A DNA stretch of 64,000 bases from Azolla caroliniana (Eukaryota > Plantae > Polypodiophyta). The notes under the pieces are model-generated. The model was not told where the DNA came from. It saw nothing but the letters and a program-made list of their open reading frames with translations, and did no database searches. The position numbers and the translations under genes are program-made. The stretch is from the NCBI GenBank assembly GCA_043228905.1, contig JBHGNT010000005.1, positions 6,386,001 through 6,450,000 on the forward strand, given 5' to 3'. Positions 58,124 through 64,000 of the stretch are shown here, piece after piece (within the stretch, counting starts at the first letter, position 1; each line of letters opens with the position of its first letter).

Positions 58124-59379
58124 TGTTAGGAAATAGGTCCCTCCGGATGGGAAGTGAGAAGAACAATATTGATATCGGTCGAGGCCGAAACCGAATGTGG
58201 ACTGCCCGACTACGGAAGACCCGGTGAGAACCGGATGACAAGTACCCGGCAACGGAAGACCCGGTGAGAACCGGATGACGAGTACCCCGCAAGACCCGGA
58301 TGGTGAAGACCCGGTGAGAACCGGATGTGGTGTACCCGGCAAGCGCCGGATGAGGAGTACCCGGCTACGGAGGACCCGGTGAGAACCGGATGACGAGTAC
58401 CCGGCAAGAGCCGGATGATGAAGGCCCAGTGAGAAGTGCTCACCGGATGAAGGGACATATTCGTAAATATGTTTTCTGAGAGTCCATCAGGGCTATATTT
58501 GTAAATAGCCGAAAAGTCATATTAGTATAAATATGACTTAAGGCAAACTTAGAGGTAGTTGTTGTCATTTCTTGTTGGCGCAAGATTAGAGCGTGACACT
58601 GTGTACAGAGAGAGTGAGAGGGAGGAAGAAGTCGTTGCCTCTGATTGTAACCGCCACCTGTGGCGAAGATAGTAAGCTCGAGGCTCGGTTGTGGCCAAGC
58701 GTTGTTCATCGGGAGCATGTAATTCCTGACAAAGTGGTATCAGAGCGAAACGACACAGAAAATGGACGATTCATTGGGAGGCATGTTCAAGCTCACCGGC
58801 TCCAACTATTCGGTGTGGAAGTCGAAGATGAGGGACATGCTCGTGGTTAAAGACCTCTGGTTGCCGGTTCAGTTCGGGGACAAGAGACCGGAGAAAATCG
58901 ACGCCGCGATATGGGAGGTAATGCACATGAAGACAGCGGCGTACATATGGTGCTTCATCGACATGAGCCTATACAACAACTTCAATGAAGAGAGCAAGGC
59001 TCATGAGCTCTAGGAGAAGATCGACATTATGTTTCAAAACAAAAATGTTGTTAATCAGGTTTCGGTATTCCGGAAGCTAGTAAGACTCCGGTACCAAGAT
59101 GGCTCTAGCATGACGGAGCACATGAATGCCTTCCAGGGGCTGATCCACCAGGCAACATCATTGGAAGTACCTCTTGCAGATGAGGTACTAGCACTACTCC
59201 TGCTCGGTTCCCTCCCAGATAGCTGGGAGACGTTGGTTGTCACCTTGGGCAACGCCGGGCCGGAAGAGAAACGGTTATCCCTAGCAAGAGTGAAGTCGAG
59301 CTTTCTAGATGAGGAGGCGCGTCGGAAAGATAAGGATACGAGCTCCGACCCCAAAGCGCTCCTTACCGAATCGGAACGT
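58124..59379 (+). mobile_element. 5' part of a Tnt1-like copia (LTR 58124-58731, Met PBS 58735-58746, gag from 58762), interrupted at 59380
   Basis: TGTTAGG...CCTGACA, TGGTATCAGAGC, MDDSLGGMFKLTGSNY; same family as 28203-33524. Confidence 0.92.
58191..58450 (+). repeat. Degenerate ~40-bp tandem array in copia U3
   Basis: Unit CCGGATGAGGAGTACCCGGCTACGGAAGACCCGGTGAGAA; about 6 full or partial copies. Confidence 0.88.
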
Positions 59380-62300
59380 TGTCGCGTTGTTACGCGCGTG
59401 CGTGGAGAAAGGCGGGACCACGGGGGTCTTGGACTAGGGAGTGACGGAGCGTAGGAAGTCGTGCTTCACCGTTTCCGGGGGATCCCAAAAGAACACCGGA
59501 AACGACCGAAGGGAGAGAGGGAAAGAGAGGGAGCGCGCGCTTAACACCGACTCACGCACACACACGCACGCGCACACACATGCCGACCCGACTCACGCCC
59601 TTATGTACAGGAAACCAAGGAAAGGGGAAGCACTCGACGCTAACAGAGACGCGAATATACACAGACAAACGCAACGTATATATATATATACATAAAAGGA
59701 AGAATACATTCCCGGCGTCGAGCCGGACCAAGGTAGGTTACAGCAGTCGTCTGTTGTCAAGCCGCCGTCGGGGAGCTCTCGGCTCGTCGCGCCGAGCGGG
59801 GTCTTGCACAGGAGGCCGAGCCAAAGCAAACCCTAAGCAAAACACGAAGGGGGAAGAAGAAGAAGAAGAAGAAGAAGCTTAACTAACCCTAAATCTAACG
59901 GTATACCCTCTAACGCAAAAATGGGCAACCCCTTTCACAAAGGCCGCTCCCTTCCTTTTATAGAACAAGGAGAGGGACGCGTTATAATGTGGGATAAATC
60001 CCGACTTACATGGGATCGTCTGTCCCAACTTGACTACTCTTCGGCGCCATAAAGGCGCCCTCGTTATTCACACTAAATGTACAAGGGTGAGCACACACGC
60101 TGCACCCCGCCGATGTAGCCAATGTTTCCTGGTTTCCGCCTCTGGCCGAAATTCTTCACGACATCCGCCCCCACCTAACTGCACGTCCACCGGTACGTGC
60201 CAAATCTAGTTGAAGGGTGAGAGATTTCGGCCGGTGAGAAACCGGTCTTCCGTGATCCGCATCCCGGCTCGCTGCCGGTTTGATCCGTCGGCTTCGATTC
60301 TTCCTTCGCGCTTACCTCCCCGTAGGCTCGTTCAACCCATCGATGGGTCCTTCACCGCGATCTCCGTAGTACGCGTACTCCCGCTAGCCCTTGTTCGGCC
60401 GTATGCATGCCCCGCTCCCCGTCGTATGCCCGATGTCCTCCGTTGAGGAACGCCCGTAGTGGCCCGCTTGGCCTCCGTTGACCATTCGTGTTGCTACAAC
60501 AGTTCCCGAGTCTTCCGCTTGCCGTCGTCCCCTCACCCCCACCAGCTTGTCACCCCGGGCTTGCCGTGTCAGTCTTCGCTACTTCAACGGAGCTACCGAG
60601 ATCTACGAAGCGAGTGTGGAGGATCCTCCTCCGGCCTCTCTTGCCCTCCCCTGACTCCGTCCCTGTGCAGCCCACTAGGCACCCGTCACCTCGTTCCCGG
60701 CACCTCCCTTGTGTCGTCTTCCGCTTCCTTGTTCGGCACCGCTTGCGCCGAACACCGTCCCGTAGTCACGCTTCAATTCGGCCCGCGATGGCCACTTGCG
60801 AGACGCTTATTCCGTCTCGGGTGTGCCTTTCCGGCCTGACACACCTCCTCATCTTCGCCCTACCGGCTACTTCCGAAACCGTAACCGGCCAGTGAGGGTT
60901 TCCCACTTCGTCCGCCCGTCTTACCGACTCCCGATCCACTACCTCGTGTCATTGGGTCTCGTTCCCTGCCGCCACCGTCCTTCTCCCTAGGTCTCACGTT
61001 GCCACGTTGGCCGAACTGCCGGAGTCTCCGGATCGGTGTGAGGGTCCCATAGGACCTGTCTTTGTTTCGTCGCTTGCCGAGATCCGGGTGTCTTTTGTTG
61101 AAGTCCCTCCTGGACTCTCCTCGTGTCTTCCGCGTAGTCGGGTCCCATTTCCCGCTGCCACCAACCTTCTCTCTCGGTCTTATGTTGCCACGTTGGCCGA
61201 ACTGCCGGAGTCTCTGATTAAGTGTGGGGATCCCGTAGGACCGGACTTCCTTTCGCCCACTGCCCTTGCCGGAAGGTCTGATTCGGTTCGTAGCCGCCCC
61301 GCCGGCCTGATACCTTCTTTCTCTGCTTCCGTCGTCCGATCACGTTCACCTGCCGCCACCGACCTCTCCTATAGGACTCACGCCGGCACTCGGGCCGACC
61401 GCCGGATCGGTGTGAGGATCTCCGTAGACCGCCCATCCGTAGCCCTTTTTCCTTCGTCCCCTCGCCGCCACCGTCAGTATCTTGGTCTTACGTTGGCCGC
61501 ATTGCCGACTGCCGAAGTCTCTAGAACCGGTGTGAAGGATCCTCCTTGGGCCTCCGATTTGTCTTCCTGACCCTATCCCGGGCCGTCCTTTTCCGCATGC
61601 TGAGAGGGCGGTTTGCTCCGCACCCTCTCCCGTGGTACCGACGTACCGTGTCCTCGGCCTCTTCGTAGGCCTGCTCTCTTCCTCCCTCCCGGAATGGTCA
61701 TCCAGGAGTCCACTCCACCCGGTTCTCGTCCGGGTCCATTCGTCATTCTCCGGATTGCCGGGTCCCGTTTTCCTGTCGCCACCGACCTCTCCTATAGGAC
61801 TCACGCCGGCACTCGGGCCGACCACCAGATCGGTGTGAGGAACTCCATAGGACCGGCTTTCATTCTCCTTCTAACTCTCGACCTTCGCTCGGTCGGTCTT
61901 TCTCCCCATGTAAAAGAGGGCGGCTCGTCCCGCACCCCCTTCCGTATCGGCACTTTCATGCCGAATCCGGCGTCGATCGAACGATCCACGACCAAATTTT
62001 GCTCCTTCCGCATCAGAATGCCGATCTCCTCGTGTCGCATCCGTCCTCGGCCTCCTCACAGGTCGTTTCCCATCCGTCTTCGTTGGCATCGTGCCAGGAC
62101 TCCTCAGTACCACCATCCATCTCCTCGGTCATACATGGGCATACGGGCCCCAAAGCCGAGTTCTCCGGAATCGGGTCCGTGGGCTTTCGTCCGCTCCTTC
62201 CCCATATCGTCTCGCCGGTGATTCTTGGTCTTTCGTCGCCGCCTTCCTCTGCTTGGGACTCACGTGGGCACTCGAACCCGACTGCCATCGTCTCGGGAGC

Positions 62301-64000
62301 AAGTATGGGAAGACACAAAGAATCGCCAGTCCGTTTTACGCCCTTGTCCATAGCCACCGACTCTTCGTGGTCGGCGGTCTTCTTCTTACCGATCGCGCAA
62401 GCCCCGCCTGGGCTTGTTTTTCCGATTCCCGGGGTTTCGGGCTGACACGCCCGAAACCGCTAGTCCCAATTATCTGGTCCCGCAATCTGTATCTCGGCCT
62501 CGTCCTTGGCCGTTCTATCTCCGCAAGTCGAGAGGGTGTTTTGTTCCGCACCCTCTCCCGTCATACCGTCATACCGATCTTTCGCCGTCGCGTGGGGCAA
62601 ATCCGTCTCCTCAGTCTCGGCTTGTGGCCTCGATCTTTCCTCTTCCTCGAGCATCGCCTCGAGAGCTGCGTACGCCTTCGCAATCCTGGCCCCAACGCCG
62701 ACCCTTGCCAACTCCCTTTGCCATTCAACCTCTTCCCGTTGTGATGGCACGTCGTCGCACGCCTTCCTCTTAGCCTTCTCGGCTCGCTCATCGTCTAGCC
62801 GTTGGCACACCCTTCTGACCTTCGACCAGTCCTCCGTAAGCCCATTCGCTCCGTCATCGTCTTCGAGCTCAATCCCGATGGCTTCCCGTTCCGCTCGGTC
62901 GATCGACCTGACGAACAAAAGGACTTTGTCCGCCCCCACCAAACCTTGTTCCCGCACCAAGAGCCGAGCAAGCCGTCGCTCGAACTCTCGGAACGCCTTC
63001 GTTGCACCCCAGTGGGTCTTTGCCGTTGCTACCCACTCGTCGAAGTCGTGTCGTCCCCGGCTCTTCCGCCGTCCTCCGTATGCCTTCAAGAGTGCCTCTT
63101 CGAAGGCCTCCCATGAACTATGAGCCTCACGGAGCTCCTTTACTTCCGCATGCATCCGGACAGCTACGACCCGACAGAAGAACTCCAGCCTCAACGCCTC
63201 ATCTACGCCGCACTCCTCCATTTCCGCGTTGTAGGCTTCCAAGTAAGATGGGACTTTGTCCCTGCTGAAACGGCCGACTCTTTCGACCACTCGCTCAACC
63301 ACTTGTTGCGCTACTTCTCGCCTCATCATCACTCGTGCCGACTCCAACACCACTTCGGCCACCATCACTGAGAGGTCGTCGTCTTCCGACTCCATCCTCC
63401 CTTGCCGCCTTTCACGTCGGGTTCACCAAAGATGTCGCGTTGTTACGCGCGTGCGTGGAGAAAGGCGGGACCACGGGGGTCTTGGACTAGGGAGTGACGG
63501 AGCGTAGGAAGTCGTGCTTCACCGTTTCCGGGGGATCCCATAAGAACACCAGAAACGACCGAAGGGAGAGAGGGAAAGAGAGGGAGCGCGCGCTTAACAC
63601 CGACTCACGCACACGCACGCACGCACACACACATGCCGGCCCGACTCACGCCCTTATGTACAGGAAACGCAGGAAAGGGGAAGCACCCGACGCTAACAGA
63701 GACGCGAATATACACAGACAAACGCAACGTATATATATATACATAAAAGGAAGAATACATTCCTGGCGTCGAGCCGGACCAAGGTAGGTTACAGCAGCCG
63801 TCTGTTGTCAAGCCGCCGTCGGGGAGCTCTCGGCTCGTCGCGCCGAGCGGGGTCTTGCACAGGAGGCCGAGCCAAAGCAAACCCTAAGCAAAACACGAAG
63901 GGGGAAGAAGAAGAAGAAGAAGAAGAAGCGTAACTAACCCTAAATCTAACGGTATACCCTCTAACGCAAAAATGGGCAACCCCTTTCACAAAGGCCGCTC
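59380..64000 (-). mobile_element. Non-autonomous TR-GAG-like gypsy (3' LTR 59380-60163; 5' LTR 63433 to beyond window end)
   Basis: Trp PBS 63411-63428, gag-like ORF 62460..63395, ~2.3 kb repeat region, PPT next to 60164, no pol. Confidence 0.9.
62460..63395 (-). CDS. gag: Gag-like protein of the non-autonomous element
   Basis: 311-aa ORF starting 16 nt after the PBS; similar by eye to the G1 capsid region; no CCHC or protease seen. Confidence 0.7.
   Translation of the reverse strand: MESEDDDLSVMVAEVVLESARVMMRREVAQQVVERVVERVGRFSRDKVPSYLEAYNAEMEECGVDEALRLEFFCRVVAVRMHAEVKELREAHSSWEAFEEALLKAYGGRRKSRGRHDFDEWVATAKTHWGATKAFREFERRLARLLVREQGLVGADKVLLFVRSIDRAEREAIGIELEDDDGANGLTEDWSKVRRVCQRLDDERAEKAKRKACDDVPSQREEVEWQRELARVGVGARIAKAYAALEAMLEEEERSRPQAETEETDLPHATAKDRYDGMTGEGAEQNTLSTCGDRTAKDEAEIQIAGPDNWD

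Noticed and set aside
58191-58450. CRISPR-like repeat array
   Set aside because: No unique spacers, the units are degenerate tandem copies inside an LTR, there are no cas genes and the context is eukaryotic.

Overview
Eukaryotic, TE-saturated heterochromatin-type DNA with no recognisable host gene. The element set (Tcn1-like chromovirus, tRNA-Trp-primed Phygy-like gypsies, Bryco-like and Tnt1-like copias) suggests a moss/bryophyte genome; this is an inference. The window is a stack of nested LTR retrotransposons. (i) A full-length Tcn1-like chromovirus (6026-11610, TSD CTGGC) sits inside a tRNA-Trp-primed Ty3/gypsy (4185-16821). (ii) An old L1-like LINE is split into three pieces (27301-27756, 50149-50388, 55514-~56570) by a Bryco-like copia (27757-50148, TSD GATTG, itself carrying further nested elements) and by a Tnt1-like copia (50389-55513, TSD AATTG). 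(iii) There are three pol-less gag-plus-repeat (TR-GAG-like) elements, several solo LTRs and many fragments. Most ORFs are broken, largely by C>T-type stops. The main observations are: every visible terminus-flank junction of the Trp-primed gypsy group lies on a CpG-centred 4-mer; the self-priming chromovirus LTRs carry an antisense tRNA-like A-box/B-box module; a -1 frameshift signal with a kissing-loop structure lies between protease and RT; and a 10-bp TSD-flanked micro-LTR footprint is present. Lineage names come from recalled similarity, not database searches. Coordinates were counted by eye.
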